A stretch of 64,000 bases of DNA from Eukaryota sp. GEM-RC1 (taxonomy: Eukaryota). Below are positions 1 through 13,676 of the stretch, one piece after another. The stretch spans positions 2,356,001-2,420,000 of the forward strand of contig JAUFOQ010000001.1 of NCBI GenBank assembly GCA_040285855.1, in the 5' to 3' direction. A program made the position numbers and the translations under genes. The number at the start of each line of letters is the position of its first letter. Positions within the stretch are counted from its first letter, which is position 1. The notes beneath the pieces were generated by a model. It searched no databases, was not told where the DNA came from, and worked only from the letters and a program-made list of their open reading frames with translations.

Positions 1-739
1 AGGTACCCTATTTATCACTAATGACAGTGTTACTTACTTTCCAGCATTCACACTACCTAAATCTACAGTCTTTTGAATTGACTGATTGTTGTTTTTTCTT
101 GGTATAATTCTCAATGAAAGCAGTAGAACACCTTTTTTCTGATTTGATCTAGACCAAAGCTGTTTGTAATACCACATTCATTGTTCCCATTGATAAGGGA
201 ATCTTGTGTACTTAATTAATGGTTCTATTCAGTGGAGGAAGGAATTTTCACTACTCAGAATCTTTATCTTTGTGTTTCTGTCATTTTAGTTCATTTGAAC
301 TTTCCTAAACTAGATTCTTTTTCCATCAGTCGAGATTGTGTTTCTCAGATGAAAATAGATTTAAAAACAACACCTTACAGTAAAACACTGAATAGACGTT
401 TCTGTTCAATTCAGTGTAAACTATTAAAATCTGATACTTAAATCTTTTGTTAATTTTTGGAAATTTCCTTAGATTTCAAGGAAGCTTTGTACTGTGTAGC
501 ATTGAACCCATGTGCATTAACGTCAATTAAAACACCTTGCATTTCATTCAATTAAAAATATCATTCATTAAATTCATAGAAAAAGACCCTTATCATCCGA
601 TATCTAAATTTGACTAACTTCATTGCCTTTTTCCCTCAACTCTTTGTCAAAAGTTAAAGAACAACTCAAGGTATTTCCAGTACCAAGATCAACAATCTTT
701 TGGGAAGATTCTCTAACCAAGTTGTTGATCAAATCATGT

Positions 740-1560
740 AGAATTGTCTGAGTGTTGATAAAAACTTCAGCGATTCCCTTTTCTATTTCTTCTTTTGTTC
801 AAGATACTTTAGCTATTGCGCTGGCCCTGAAGTCCACAGAAAGAGAAGTTAAACGACGAGAAGTTTTAAATCGTTTATAATAGTAGTTTAATCATTGTAC
901 TTTGGTTCACTTTGAATTAAATTGATTGTTGTCTGTGATGTCTGAAGGCGGACTGTGTGAAGCTTATAATTGTACATACTTATAATCGAATATGATTAGG
1001 AAGACTCTGAACTGGGGTATGATTTGGATTTATTCGACATAAAGTTTGAAAATTGGAGAATCAACGATAAACAACTTGTTCTTTTGTTTATCACCAATGT
1101 TGGCTCACGTGAAGCGTACATCAATGGAGCAAGAAGTGCAGAGAATACGAAAGGGTTTTCAGGATTGGGTAATTTTTCAATTCTTTTGACTTTGTTGTTT
1201 GACTTTTCTAGATTACAAAGCTTTGCAGTGATTGTAGAAGGATGGAAGACGAATCTTTCAACAGCGTCTACACAATAATAGTAAAATAAAATGAAGTTGA
1301 TAAATATATCTGGCTTTTGTGAAATATCTAAACTGCCTTTAAACAATTTTACAAATTTAGAGAATAACTGAGAACCTTGCCACCAGACGTATTCTCTGTA
1401 CGAGAAGAAGACGTTCAGCGTTTAGAAGAGGATGAACGAGCATATTTTTCAGCAGAAGTAGCAAAATCAGTGGTTGATCCTCCGAAGACGACCTTTAGTT
1501 AGGTCAGCTGATTTGTCAGGAAGCGATGATATATTCTTAGATCTAGTAATTCTACTGAAA
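740..1560 (-). mobile_element. Decayed repeat ORF, probably the 5' part of a non-LTR retroelement
   Basis: Broken minus-strand ORF. Bases ~760-865 recur inverted at ~56545-56640 (cttctcgtcgtttaacttctctttctgtgga), so it is a dispersed repeat. The retroelement assignment rests on context only. Confidence 0.35.
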
Positions 1561-1799
1561 AGCATGAAAGGAGAAATAGAATTCGAGACATTTATTTATT
1601 AAAACATAAACAGAATCTAAAGAAACTAAAATACAAAGCAAGTAAAACATAAGTCAAATTATAAGACGGACAGTACCTGACCAGTAACAGTAAATCAATC
1701 ATCAGAAATGTTGGAAAATCTCGATCTTCATCATTCGTGGCATATTTGTAGGTGTTTACAATAATTATGTATTTCTTCTTTTGTTGATTGAAGTACATA

Positions 1800-2760
1800 A
1801 ATAAGCGGATTTATGTGCGGAGAAAAACACACAACCAGAAAACAACAAATAAATCAACACTATAAAAACAATTATCAAACGAACTACCTAATTCCGAAAA
1901 GTAGTTGCCTTCAAACAACTTGGACAAAATGGAATCAACATATCTATACATAGACCTAACATTGAAAAAAACAAATTTACTCTTCCAGTACGATCTGTTA
2001 AACTGCTTGCCAAATTCTGAACACAAATTTTCAAATAAATTTAAAAACTCCTTGGTAGAAGAACCGAAATTTCCGTACAAAGAAACTGCAAAAAGCTGAA
2101 GACGATATTATTGTGTCTTCGTGAATTCAATGCAGCAACTGGATGTACGTACTTAGACACGTTGGCGTTCTCAGCGTCTTTCAGTGGATCATTTGAAGTA
2201 TTCAAAATATTGGTAATAGGTGAAGCTTTGCAAGGATCAACGGTCGTAAAATCAACAGCAATTTCTTGGCATGACAACCAAGGGCCAATAAAATCACCAC
2301 GTTTCTGAGTAGAATCAGGGTGATCTGAAAGATGAGAAAGTAACGGTTCAACTTTGCCATGGAAACCATTCGCCTTAAACATTTCCAAACAAGTATCTCG
2401 AAGACTGTTGTGCAAAATTGAACTATAATATATGAACTTTGAACAATTGACCAAACGATGAAAGTTAGTTTTATGTTTGTTTTTACAGATGCACATGCTG
2501 TTCTGTAACAAACCAAATGGCCAAAAACCTAAACGAAGTCTCATGTTAACAAGCCATTCATGATCTTTTAGATTGAAAATTAATCTACATAAATGAAAGA
2601 GTTCTCTCAGTTTTGACTTTTTGATGATCATATTCAAATGATCAAATTTAACGAGCGTTAAACCAGTAATACTCTTCACATCATTCGTATCTTGAATTGT
2701 ACCAAAGAATGATCTCGTTTAGATCCACACTAACCGTCAAATAATTATTCATCTGGAACA
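1800..2760 (-). mobile_element. RLE-type (CRE/SLACS-like) non-LTR retrotransposon, 3' endonuclease region, frameshifted
   Basis: CxC..H...C knuckle, then HNSLRD..KVEP..RGD..VDFTTVD..AE..KY. After a frameshift: xGNFGSS..FL..W. This is the restriction-like endonuclease layout. Confidence 0.75.
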
Positions 2761-3409
2761 CTGTTGTGAACAATGTTTGCTTTAACTCTACACACAAGTG
2801 CAGGAACTGTAAAATATAGAAGCTCTGAAGTGTTCTTCTCCAAAAAGTCTCTTATTCTACTCAATAGATTTTGAACAGTGGATATTGCCTTCTTCAATTA
2901 AACAGTATTGGTGTCCTCGAAGGGACACCAGCGAAGTTTATTGATGATTTGTTTAACATCCGGTTTAGAAGAGTTGCGTTTAACTTAAATGATAGCAGAA
3001 CACACTTTTCATTGAACTAATGCGAAAAGCAAGGTTTTGGCCGAAATTCGTTTATTTTTCACAACTGAATACACGGTACATGTAGTGTGAATGAACTAAA
3101 TCAGAAATCGTGTGTTCATCCTAGCTATTTGTTCGACATCTTCGACCATATTAAAAACTTAATATATTTAAACATAATCAATTTCATAAAAGAACGCTTA
3201 AGCTAAAGGAGATCACAAACTACAAAGAGGGTTCGTCAGCCACACGAGGCATAGTGACAGAACAATTTGTAAGTCCAATAACGTAGCATTGATGGTTCTG
3301 AGAGGGTTGTAAATGGTTTGGAACCAAAAAATCTAAACAATAATCGAGTACTTGAAGAAGTAAACTGGTAACATAGCAGTTGACGAATCTTTAGATTGAA
3401 TCACACTGT

Positions 3410-4699
3410 TTAAAACAATAGCCCATTAGTTAATTGACAATTACTGTTGAATTGAAAAAGGATAATACGATTATCTGACATCATATCCACGAGTCGTTTG
3501 TTTCGAAATTGCAAACGGTTATCACAAAGGTCAATCTGACGAATTTTTGAGTTACATTTCAGTAGTTCTACTAAAACAATTGCACCTGCATCACCAATAT
3601 AGTTAGACCGAAGATTAATCCTGGTAATCGAAGAATGAACTTTGAATGCTTCAACTAAAGCAATTGCTCCTGCATCAAGAATACAGTTTGAAGAAAGATC
3701 GACTATAGTAAGAAAACTATGAAGTTTAAAAGCTTCAGTCAATGTCATAATGCCTGCATAACCAATGAAGTTAGATCCTAAACTCATCTCGGAAATTGAA
3801 CAATTGACTTTTAAAGCATCAGCCAACAGTTTAACTCCTGCCATACAAATTCTGCAATGCTTTAAATCCAACTTATTAATCGAAGAATTGACCCTCAACA
3901 TATTAGCTAACGCAAGAAAACCTTCAGTTTCAATAGAGTTTGAATCAAGATTGAGATTTGTAATTGAAGAATGAACTTTTAACACATCAGACAGCGCTAC
4001 AACACCATTACGGTCAATTAAGTTGTTCCGTAAATTGAGACAAGTAACTGTGGAATTAATTTTCAGAGCATGTGATATTGAAATGACACCTCCACTACCA
4101 ATAGAGTTATCACATAGATTAATCTGAGTAATTACAGAATTAATCTTCAGCACTTCTGCTAACACCACAGCACCTTCAAAACCAATAGAACTATACTGTA
4201 GATTTAAGTGAGTTATTGTAGGATGTTTTTTCAACGCTTCAGCTAATGTTCTGAAATTGAACAGATCAACATCCACGTCAAGTTGTTTAAGATGGAGAAG
4301 ATAACAAGAGGAAGATACATTTAGGAAATTTAAGTCATTTGAACTCCTCAAATGGACTTTGAGACCTGATATAATCCGAGCATAGTCGGAAAACCTTTCC
4401 ATTGCAAAGGACTGCTTCACAAATACGAAGACAGACAGAATTTCTGCTTTAAAGAGAGAATTGATGGTGGTAACTAAGGGAAGCTCGTCGGAAACCATGT
4501 GAAATGTGGTTCTTTTGAAAAACATTTTGATGGCAAGAAAAGAAGATTCAAAAAAACGTTGACTAGTATGGCCAACATTGTGGATAAATGAATGTAGTTG
4601 TCGTACCAGACAAATAATCGAGCTAGAATGTTCAGAGAAACATGAATCATCGTCAAGTAATGGCATATAAAGACGACGCAGTAAAAAAGATGGATCCAT
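3410..4699 (-). CDS. Leucine-rich repeat protein (ribonuclease-inhibitor/NLRC3-type 28-aa LRRs, no NACHT)
   Basis: Intact 429-aa ORF. About 9 repeats of LAEALKxNSxITxLNLxxNxIGxxG after a ~140-aa N-terminal region. Confidence 0.9.
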   Translation of the reverse strand: MDPSFLLRRLYMPLLDDDSCFSEHSSSIICLVRQLHSFIHNVGHTSQRFFESSFLAIKMFFKRTTFHMVSDELPLVTTINSLFKAEILSVFVFVKQSFAMERFSDYARIISGLKVHLRSSNDLNFLNVSSSCYLLHLKQLDVDVDLFNFRTLAEALKKHPTITHLNLQYSSIGFEGAVVLAEVLKINSVITQINLCDNSIGSGGVISISHALKINSTVTCLNLRNNLIDRNGVVALSDVLKVHSSITNLNLDSNSIETEGFLALANMLRVNSSINKLDLKHCRICMAGVKLLADALKVNCSISEMSLGSNFIGYAGIMTLTEAFKLHSFLTIVDLSSNCILDAGAIALVEAFKVHSSITRINLRSNYIGDAGAIVLVELLKCNSKIRQIDLCDNRLQFRNKRLVDMMSDNRIILFQFNSNCQLTNGLLF

Positions 4700-6254
4700 A
4701 CTATCAGCGATTGTTGCAAACGGATAGTTTTGGAAGTAGGGTTAGCCGACCTCAAAATATTGGAGGAGTTTATGTTAGAGGGGCAGTCTGTGAACCAGTT
4801 AATGTTGGGAGTGACTAATGAAGACATCGGACGAAGTTATTTGATAGTTTCATCTTCAACAGAAGTTTGAGCAACACCTCCATCTAACTTCACATTACAA
4901 CATGAAACTGGTGTGCTTCTCTGAACGGTATTAGCGATGATGCGGTATAAAGATACAGCTCCTTCAAATATTGAGGTCATTTCAACATCTTGGACGATCT
5001 GTTCAGTTCCAACGTCATCCACTGATGATGGTACACCTTTGCTTTAACATAGTTCTCATCTTATATAATTCCTCCTCCGATGTTTGTAGCTATTGCGATT
5101 GTTACTTTCTTGAACTCCGCCGCTTCCAAAGCAATTCTGATCATCAGCTTTGTTCCTATTCGTCTGATGAGATATTCCAACATCCTTTTGTCGAATACAT
5201 TTGTGGAACTTCTTTTGATAAATAACTCTCGGATTTCCTCCACCAAACCGTTGTTCAGTGTGATTCTTTGGAAGCTTCTTCTTGGTGAGTTAACAGTTAG
5301 TTACAGCTTCAACACTAACAAATTGTCTCCGATAGTTTTTAACCATTAATCGGTCACAGATGGTATCTCTACTGGTGATCACGTGATCTGAACTTTGATG
5401 ACTAATAAAGTGACTTTCAATTATGATGTAATCTAACGTCATGTTACTTTTAGTAATAGCAATTACAAGTAAAATTTAAAGTTTAGAGCAACAGCTCTTT
5501 GTCAAACGTCTTCTACTCCGATCATTTATTTTACAGACTACACTACTGGTAGCAATATCACAGTCAAAATCTTTTACAAACAAAGTATGACTTAACATGA
5601 AGAAATAGATATTAAGTAAGTCATTAAAGGTCTAATTTCTATTTAGCAAAGCAGAGCTCCATTTCAGAGTTAATGATTAAATAGGGTATTGTTGATTGTC
5701 AAAAACCGACTGTGTAAAAGCATTTCTTTGATGCCAAGATATCATAAGTAACAATCATTAACTTAAGGAATGGTATGACCGTTAGTTGCTTCACGTCCAG
5801 TTTCAAAATTTTAGAATGGATTTTGATACATCACCATGGTTGTGTTTTGTTGTGAAGATATCACTCTTTTGTCCACTTTGGGGCAGTACACATACCAAAT
5901 ACAAGTCTTCACCCACTTCGTCCATGTTCTCCATGCTGTCTACTTTTACTTCAAACAATGTCATCTTTGACAAATCATTATAAAATATTTGTTATGTAGA
6001 GATCAAGATTTAGTCACCAGGGAAATTGTGATGAAGAAAGTACACTATAAGATGCGGCGAGACATTTTGAATCAGTAGAAAGCACTGGAAACAGTGATGA
6101 TATAAACTTGTTTGACAAAACTTACACTTTCGGTGATTTAACACACATACTGGAGGTGTAATAAAACAAGAGAAAACAGATAAGGGCTTTATATTAACAT
6201 AAATACACAATATATAAAGAGTTTATTTGCAACATCAAATTAATACATACTAAC

Positions 6255-6644
6255 TCAGAAAATGAAAGAAGTTAAATTCTCCACATCAACACGAGAATTG
6301 TCCCTATACAACTTCGAATAAATGAAACATAAATACTTGGGAATGCTTCTATAAAGAGCGAACATAATTCGAGTAATCCATACAGCGCCCTTGCCATTAG
6401 AACGACATAAAAGACTAAAATCACTGAAAAACTTTAAACCGGCTGGACCAATATTACCAAAAATTGAAATGGCAAATGGAACAAATGAAAACTTAGAATA
6501 TAGATTTTCATTAAGCTTCTGCAAAGCATCCGCATAATTTGAACACTTTCGTTGTTCAGCCTTTTCCAAATGACCATTCGAATCATTCAATATGGAGTCT
6601 TGGTAGACTTTTGCAAACGAGTCAACTGTAGTAAAATCAACCAC
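6255..6644 (-). mobile_element. RLE non-LTR retrotransposon 3' fragment
   Basis: VDFTTVD..LEKAEQRKCSNY..FVPFAISIFGNIGPAGLKF..W, homologous to 1800-2760. Confidence 0.75.
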
Positions 6645-9057
6645 AACTTACATAAATACACAACGTATATTTTGTATTTCCCATACCTGCTTCTTACAAA
6701 AACCAGCTCTACTCACAGACGCAAGTCTCCGTCATATGAAATAAGTCTTAAGACACAAAAAACCTTGGTGCTATGTCGTAAGAGAACTGAACAATAAGAA
6801 TTATGTAAAGAAGAAATTGCAATTTTGTCATCAAAAGATCCTTAAGATGCAAAAGGACGAAGAACAAAAAGATTAATAGGAGACAGTTCTGTGTGAATTA
6901 CCTCATAAACACCTACTCGAAAGAAGTACAGTGGAAATTCTTTACACAGTTTTATTCTATAACCGTACATATAACACCAACAAGCATAAGTTTCCCATCA
7001 CTGCCATGTTCCTGCATTTCCGCTTTTCATTTTGTTTCTCCTACCATTTTTATAATCTGACATCAAGAGACTTTTCACTTTCTTTGAACAACCACGAAGA
7101 TGACGATTTCCCATCATCATCTCTACTGTAGGTATACAATCAGAATAGCTAATAATAAACAATCGTAATATCATCCTATTTCATATGTCTCCTGCTTCTA
7201 ACCCATGTCATAAGCAACAAAATATTAGCGGATATATCCAAAAAGAAACTAACCTCAGAAGAACTAACTGCTAAGTTAAGAGTTTGTTGACAGTGACAAT
7301 CTTGAAACAGTCTGCGTAAATGCTGGATTAGAATATTCTTTAGCACTAAAGGAATCGCCATAATGTTGAAGTAATGACCACAACATGTGTCAGGTTTCAC
7401 TGCAAGCTCTGTGGGACAACTCAATCAGTGAACACATGGGCTATGGAGGGACATTCAGTTCCAAACCATGAACATAAAAGATGGATTCAGTTTTGTTCTG
7501 CAATCAATAACCCTGAAAATTTAGAGAAAGTATCTGCTTCAATTTCATACCTAATAAAACACTGTAGATCTAGAAAAAGACACTCCAAAGCTAACTGCTT
7601 TTAAACAAAGCATTAATTGGTTTCACATACATTAATGATTCAGTTAGCGTCTTCACCATTTGAAGTTCAAGAATTTCTTTATATCTCTAAAATTATTTCT
7701 GGAATAAAAGTGGCATTAAAGAACGTGGAACATCAAAGATCCTCAGGTCCGCTGTATCTCATGACATAATATCTTTTCCAGTTGAAAGCTCACTTTCACA
7801 TTTCAGGAAGTGTGCTGAAATTATGGACAGAACTGCCCCCTGCACATTCCGAAAGAAGTCGTCGGGTTTCAACACAACCGACCCCATCATAGAAGAAAGA
7901 ACGTCAAACAAGCCTTTTTCAGAATCGAGACTGCCAAAGCAGAAAGTGCCTAAACCTGACGAAAGCCAACTGTTTCTGTCGTCATGGAGTTTCCTTTAAT
8001 GTTAACCATAGCTGAAGTATTTCTCGACCGATGGAACATTGTCAAAAATGATCTGCATTTCTGCCCATTGACTGAACTCCAAAAATCAAGACTTCGAACT
8101 AATGAAGATATGCACGCACTGAGAAAATTCCGTCGTTAAAACATTAAAGAAGATTTTATGAAAAAAGAAGTGTCGATGATGTTTTCAGATTGATATTTGA
8201 CCCTCTTCTTGAAGGTCTTGAATTGCAATTCTAACATAATTCGTTTCTGATGCATCCAAAAGGTACTCATCCACCTTTTTGTTAGTTTTAATTCACTATT
8301 TGATGAGTTTCTGAATAAACCTATTAGTTTTGACGTATACTGATGTTACTCGCGGACGTCTCGTGTAACACTGGTTTGATGTCGATTTGATCCATTTTTG
8401 CAACATTTGGTAAGATGTCATTACTCCTGTCAGTACAATTAATAAAACAACATAATGATTTGTTAAATGAGAATTGATGAATAAATTCCGCAAATCTAGA
8501 ATTCTCGAAAATTTGATTAATTTGACCCAATTTAAGACTAAATTATGATTCTTAAAATTATACTAAATTACTGGAAATTTCTTCCAACATACGAATCAGT
8601 AAATTAGTAAATCAACAATTGGAGATAAAAGAAATTCTGCTTTAAAGTAACAATTCACAATGTGATACGTATGAAGTTCTTAGCAGAGGAAATTTCTTCC
8701 TGTACAGATAAAACTACTCAATGTCGATGACGTGACACAAGAATGGCTTCAAAAAAGAGCGAAATAAAATTTTGCAGTCATATGGAAGTTTCGATATCTG
8801 ATTCCATGTACCACGCAGTGGATTAAGATGTAATTGGCCAAATACTTCTATAGACGATATCCGTATTTACATCTCAATGACGTCATCTGCCATTGAAAGG
8901 GTCACGGTGTTGTGTCCCAGAAAATCAGTTCTGTCTTTCGAGAAGAGGATACCAGAATTTCTAGAGAACAAGAACAGTTCATTGTACATCCAAATCTACC
9001 ACACAAGGTTTCCACAATGAGTCCTCAACGTGTGGAGAAGTGTTGGTGAGAGGAAGT

Positions 9058-9147
9058 GCAATGGAACTCTGTTCTTAGTCGAAAGTAATAGAGTACAAAA
9101 GATAGAATCATTGGATATGATGAGCAGGTGTAGGATGAATGACAGTG
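9058..9147 (+). promoter_or_regulatory. Conserved ~90 bp block upstream of BTB-SPRY genes (copy 1 of 8)
   Basis: aactctgttcttagtcgaaagtaatagagtacaaaagatagaatcattggatatgatgagcaggtgtaggatgaat. Also at ~19794-19875, 22465-22548, 27057-27139, 28833-28920, 45320-45407, 53884-53974 and 58449-58508, always 5' of and co-oriented with a family gene. Function is inferred. Confidence 0.55.
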
Positions 9148-9225
9148 GTACGATGTCACTGTTTTGTTGTTTTTTGACTTGAGCTTAACCGAACCATTTT
9201 CTCATCTTCTTTTATATTGATTCTG

Positions 9226-10771
9226 ATGTCGTTTTCTCTTCCCCAACAGAAACCCTTTCTATCATTCTCGATGAACCTTCCCTCTGTAATCAAACCATTA
9301 CATTTGGAGAAGAGTATATTGAAGTACACAGAATCATCCTGGCTGCTCATTCTACCTACTTCCGGTCTCTTTGGTTCTTGGAGTTTGGTGATAGAGACGA
9401 AAACCCAATTGATTTCTCCCATCTACCTGTTGATTCCAACAAATTTCTTGCCTTCATCAAGTCCTTTTTCGGACAATCTTTCACTCTCAATGAAAACAAT
9501 GCTTACGACTTCTACTTTCTTGTCCATTACTTCCAAGTGGACAAACTGATCGTACAAGTGGAAAACCACCTAAACCATCATCTCGTAACCTGGGCTTGGT
9601 TAAAACCATTCATTAATCAAGCAGATGAAAGAAATGACTTGAGAGCTCTGGAATTCGTTGGCCCTTTCTTTTCAAGATTGATGACCTTCTGATTGATGAC
9701 GTGATGGAAATCACTTCCGAAGGGTTAAAAACTCTCTGCAAATACTGTACTTCCACTCAAGCACAGTCGTGGTTCATCAAATCAATGGTAGAATCAATCT
9801 TGAATCAAAGTTTTGATTTGAATGAATTTTTCAATGTTTTAAATTCTTGCTCAATTGAAGCCTTTTCATTTCAACAATGAGATGAGTTTCTATTTGTTCC
9901 TTTAAAAGATGTTGAAGAATTGGAAGCCGATTTGATGAAGTTTTTGTTTACAAGAGTTAAGAATCTTTATTTTGACTCTTTGGTGAAGGAAAATTCTGAT
10001 TTAAGGGAAGAAAATTCTGATTTGAACATTCAAAATTCTGAATTAGCTACTAAATGTTCGGATTTAGAAATTAACAATTCTGAGTTAAACACACGTACTA
10101 CTAATTTAACAACCGAAAATCATGATTTGAAGACAGAAAACTGGCAATTGAAGACAAACAATTTTGATTTAACAGCTGATATTCATAATTTAACTGCTAC
10201 AATGTCCAACGAAATTACTAAACTAAAACAAGAAATTGAACAACTTAAAAAGACAACTACAGAAACTCAAGTGGTGTCTCAATCAGTTCCTCAATCAAAA
10301 GTGATTAGATTCTCCCCAACTAAGAAACATTCTCAGTTACAAGTTAGTGGGGATAGAAAGAGAGTTGTTGTTGGAAGTGGTGGTTATCCGAATAAAAACA
10401 TCTTAGGAGAAGATCCACTTCTTCCAGGTAATGTTTATACTTGGAAGTTGATGTACCAGGGGATTAATGGTGGCCTTGTTGTTGGAGTCATTGACGAGCC
10501 ACAGTTTAAAGTCAATGGTGTCTGTGGGAGTGCTCACGTTTTTGCTAATTTTAGTGCAGTTTATGGTTGTCTCCTAGGAAACATAACTCAGTGGAATCCT
10601 GGTGAATTACTCGAAATCAATGTAAATCTCATTAACCACACTTTAACAATCAAATCCGTGGGTAATTCTTCAATTAATCTTACTGGAACTCTTCCCAGAT
10701 TAAGTGGTGGTAATTACTATCCATATGCTTTGTTAAATAGTAATAATAATGTGCTTGTAATAGTCGAATAA
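9226..10771 (+). pseudogene. BTB-BACK-coiled-coil-PRY/SPRY gene, disrupted
   Basis: Collinear with the intact paralogs. 1-nt losses near 9241 and 9672, and an in-frame TGA at 9878-9880 where paralogs have TGG. The SPRY part is open. Confidence 0.85.
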
Positions 10772-11189
10772 AGTGATATCATTTACACTGGAAGTTGTTG
10801 TCTATAAATATGATAAGTTAAAGAACTTGCTATTAATAAGGGACGTGATTGACTAACCCAATCAACTGTTCCTTGTCAGATTGTTCCACGTACAATACAT
10901 GGTTAGTTACCGACTTGTTTTAACACGTCTCCATAATGATAGCCGGACTTCATTTCTATTATTGTTTGCATAATGATCACTTAAAAATTGATCTTGTCAT
11001 AAACTATTTCTGGTTATTGAATTTCGGAACAGTTGAATATGTCAATCTTGTTGTCGCACACTCTATTTAGTGATTTGGTATCAGTTCTGATCAAGTTCTG
11101 AATTTGGGGACAATCTTTTGTCTAATTGCAATCAAACGCAACTTCCGTATTCATTATAATGCCACCTTTTTCATTCATACTAGATATGT

Positions 11190-11500
11190 TGAGTACAAAT
11201 TATGTCCTTTTGCAATTTCTATTTATGGTTGACTTGGTAGAGATGCTCTTTGTTTTCTCTGTGATTTTGAGACAGTTGTCAAAAAATAATGAACAAGAAA
11301 TTTGATTTCAAGTTGTGGTTGATTCGTATTGTTTTTACAATATTTGAAACAATTCCTATCATGATTTTTAAAGCTCTACTAGCTCTCAGTATTTTTAATG
11401 AAGAAAAAGCTGTTGTGAGGTTTAATGGCAATAACTGTTGTTATAATGATATTGAGTTCTAGTGTTTGTGTTTATCTTAGTGTTTTTATTCAATAAAAAG
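11190..11500 (+). mobile_element. RLE retrotransposon 3' end fragment
   Basis: Encodes PFAISIYG*LG..W. Closely similar to 21748-21966. Confidence 0.65.
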
Positions 11501-12428
11501 ACAGAACAGTGTCATTCAAGACACAATATTTATTGATATTGGGTTCAATTTAAAACATCTCTCAAAATTGAATTATGATAATTCTCAACTATTTTTGAAT
11601 ATTGTAAAAATGTTTCTACACATTGTATGAAGGATCAAAAACAGCTTGATTCATTAATTAGCCTATGAAGAATTTAGGTTTGGTGCCATTTACAGTTTCT
11701 TTTGTCATACCTCCACTTCCCTAATAAATTAAGGCAATAGTCACTGTCAGTGTTGTTAAGTGAAGAAAAAGTCAAACCCAAAATAGATTCAGATGAACCA
11801 ACAATTAGAGGAACTGGTAGTAAGTGTGCAAATGAAGAAAATTCCATCTTCTCATCTCTACAGTGTTCATCACCAAATGGTTGCTACTGGGAATTTAAGA
11901 TTCCCGAGTTTTCTGTAAAGAGTGAACAAACCGTTGAATGTGTCTTTGAGATCATGAGAGGAATTGTTTGTAAGTCTGTGAAAACATTAAGAGTCAACTA
12001 ACACTTCTGATCATTATTCTGGTTAAACCTGCCATTTTATCCACACCAGCCGTAAGTTGAATCTGAGAAACGTATTTGACTAATGATTAGATTTAAATTG
12101 GTGAACTGAAATTGAACTGCACGAAACAACATTTCAAAGATAAATCACTGCTGTTTGATTCTGAGTACTACTTTTAGTATCAAATAATCTGAAGGTAATG
12201 CACGCAAAAGAGACTATAAAAGGAACAATTCGAAACCGTATTTAATGGGATATTTGCAACGGTTGTATCTGTAGTGTAACAGTGTATGTTTCAGTACAGA
12301 CTCCGGTTGAACAGTGCTCACCACTACAGTAACAATTGTTTTGAAGACTTTGGATTGTACAAGATTGCACATTGACCTCTCTCTCCAAAACTAATCACTA
12401 TTTTCTGACATTTATAACCTTGTAGCTA

Positions 12429-13220
12429 ATGTCTGGATTCTCCAGAGCAGAAAAAACTCAACTTCTTGCCGCGGTAAAAGCTGGCGATCTGCACAAGATC
12501 AAAAGTCTTATCAATTCTTCATCCTCCCCCTTCATACCAGATGAACTAATAGCAAAGACGATCATGTATCTTCGCAGACATATAGTGAAAGACACGGAGT
12601 TGTTCTTCAAAGGATATCCGGTCATTTCCTTCAACAGAAAAGGACAACAACAAGAACGATTTCTTCTCGTTACTGCTTCTGCACTATATCACATTAAGTA
12701 CGACTTCGCTCTTCAACAAATCCATCATGTTAAACGATTCCCCCTCTCTGCTATATCTCATGTCTACTGGGGCCATCTATGCAACGACTACTCCTCTCCG
12801 CCGCCAAGAGGAAACCAAACTAAACGCTCAGTCCTCGCCTTTGGTCTCCAAGTCCATTTCAAAGCCGATACTGCCTCAGGCGGTATAGTCACAAGCTCGG
12901 GGGTTTTCAGTCCAGTGAGGACCTATGTTCCTCTCCTCTCCTCCACGTGTCCTGAAGGATCATCTCGTGCTGTGGCCGAGGAGATGTCGATACCGATAGA
13001 GTCTAGCCTTGTACATATTTCTCAAAACTCTCTCTCCACATCATCCTTCACACCCTCTGGAATCGTCATCCAACATGAAATCACAAGACCTTCTGGTGGC
13101 TTAATCTCAATGTTTTATAATGGGCTGAAGCTAGGTTTCTGGAACAAAACGAAATGCAGGGATCCTTTGGATAATGATTCCCTATCTGACACTAGTAGAA
13201 GGGGTTCCGATCCGTCGTAA
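12429..13220 (+). CDS. hSac2-domain protein (TPRG1L/INPP5F-like)
   Basis: Intact 263 aa. QQERFLLVTASALYHIKYDF..HVKRFPLSAISHVYWG resembles the hSac2 domain. Confidence 0.7.
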   Translation: MSGFSRAEKTQLLAAVKAGDLHKIKSLINSSSSPFIPDELIAKTIMYLRRHIVKDTELFFKGYPVISFNRKGQQQERFLLVTASALYHIKYDFALQQIHHVKRFPLSAISHVYWGHLCNDYSSPPPRGNQTKRSVLAFGLQVHFKADTASGGIVTSSGVFSPVRTYVPLLSSTCPEGSSRAVAEEMSIPIESSLVHISQNSLSTSSFTPSGIVIQHEITRPSGGLISMFYNGLKLGFWNKTKCRDPLDNDSLSDTSRRGSDPS

Positions 13221-13676
13221 GAATTAAACCATCGTCTCAGTACAACAAAAGGCAGGAATTCTTTTATTAAAGTTCTTGGTTTGGTTTGTTCTTGTTTTGT
13301 GTAGATTTTTTAGTTTGTTTGTTGTCATGTTTTGTAGTATTTTTTGTAAATTCTTTGTAAGAATGTGTTTGATGTTGTTTTAGATTAGTCTGCTTAAAGT
13401 TTAAACAATTAAACCGTTTGCACAAGACAATAAATTTGAAAAGAGGGTTTATCATTAAAATAGGTAAAATTCACCAAAAATGATTGACAATCAAGAACTA
13501 AGAAAGAGACCGTCGTCTTATAATATAGCAAAGTTCATCTGACAAAGAAGTGGCATCAACTGATCTGACATGAAAGAACTAAGTCCAATCCAAAGACAGA
13601 TTCACAAGAACATGAATGAAGAAACAGATCAACAGTACAAATGTAGTGTTATTTACATGGCAAAGCTTGATCACAA

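Noticed and set aside
9076..9130. Hammerhead ribozyme or C/D snoRNA in the conserved upstream block (GTCGAAA..ATGATGAG)
   Set aside because: The core reads ATGATGA rather than CTGATGA, there is no UH cleavage site after stem III, stem II does not pair, and no suitably placed D box is present.
9878..9880. TGA at a conserved Trp position (also the in-frame TGA at 35482), suggesting TGA=Trp recoding
   Set aside because: Mago and LSm8 end at TGA at the expected lengths, Trp is TGG elsewhere, and this copy has other lesions.
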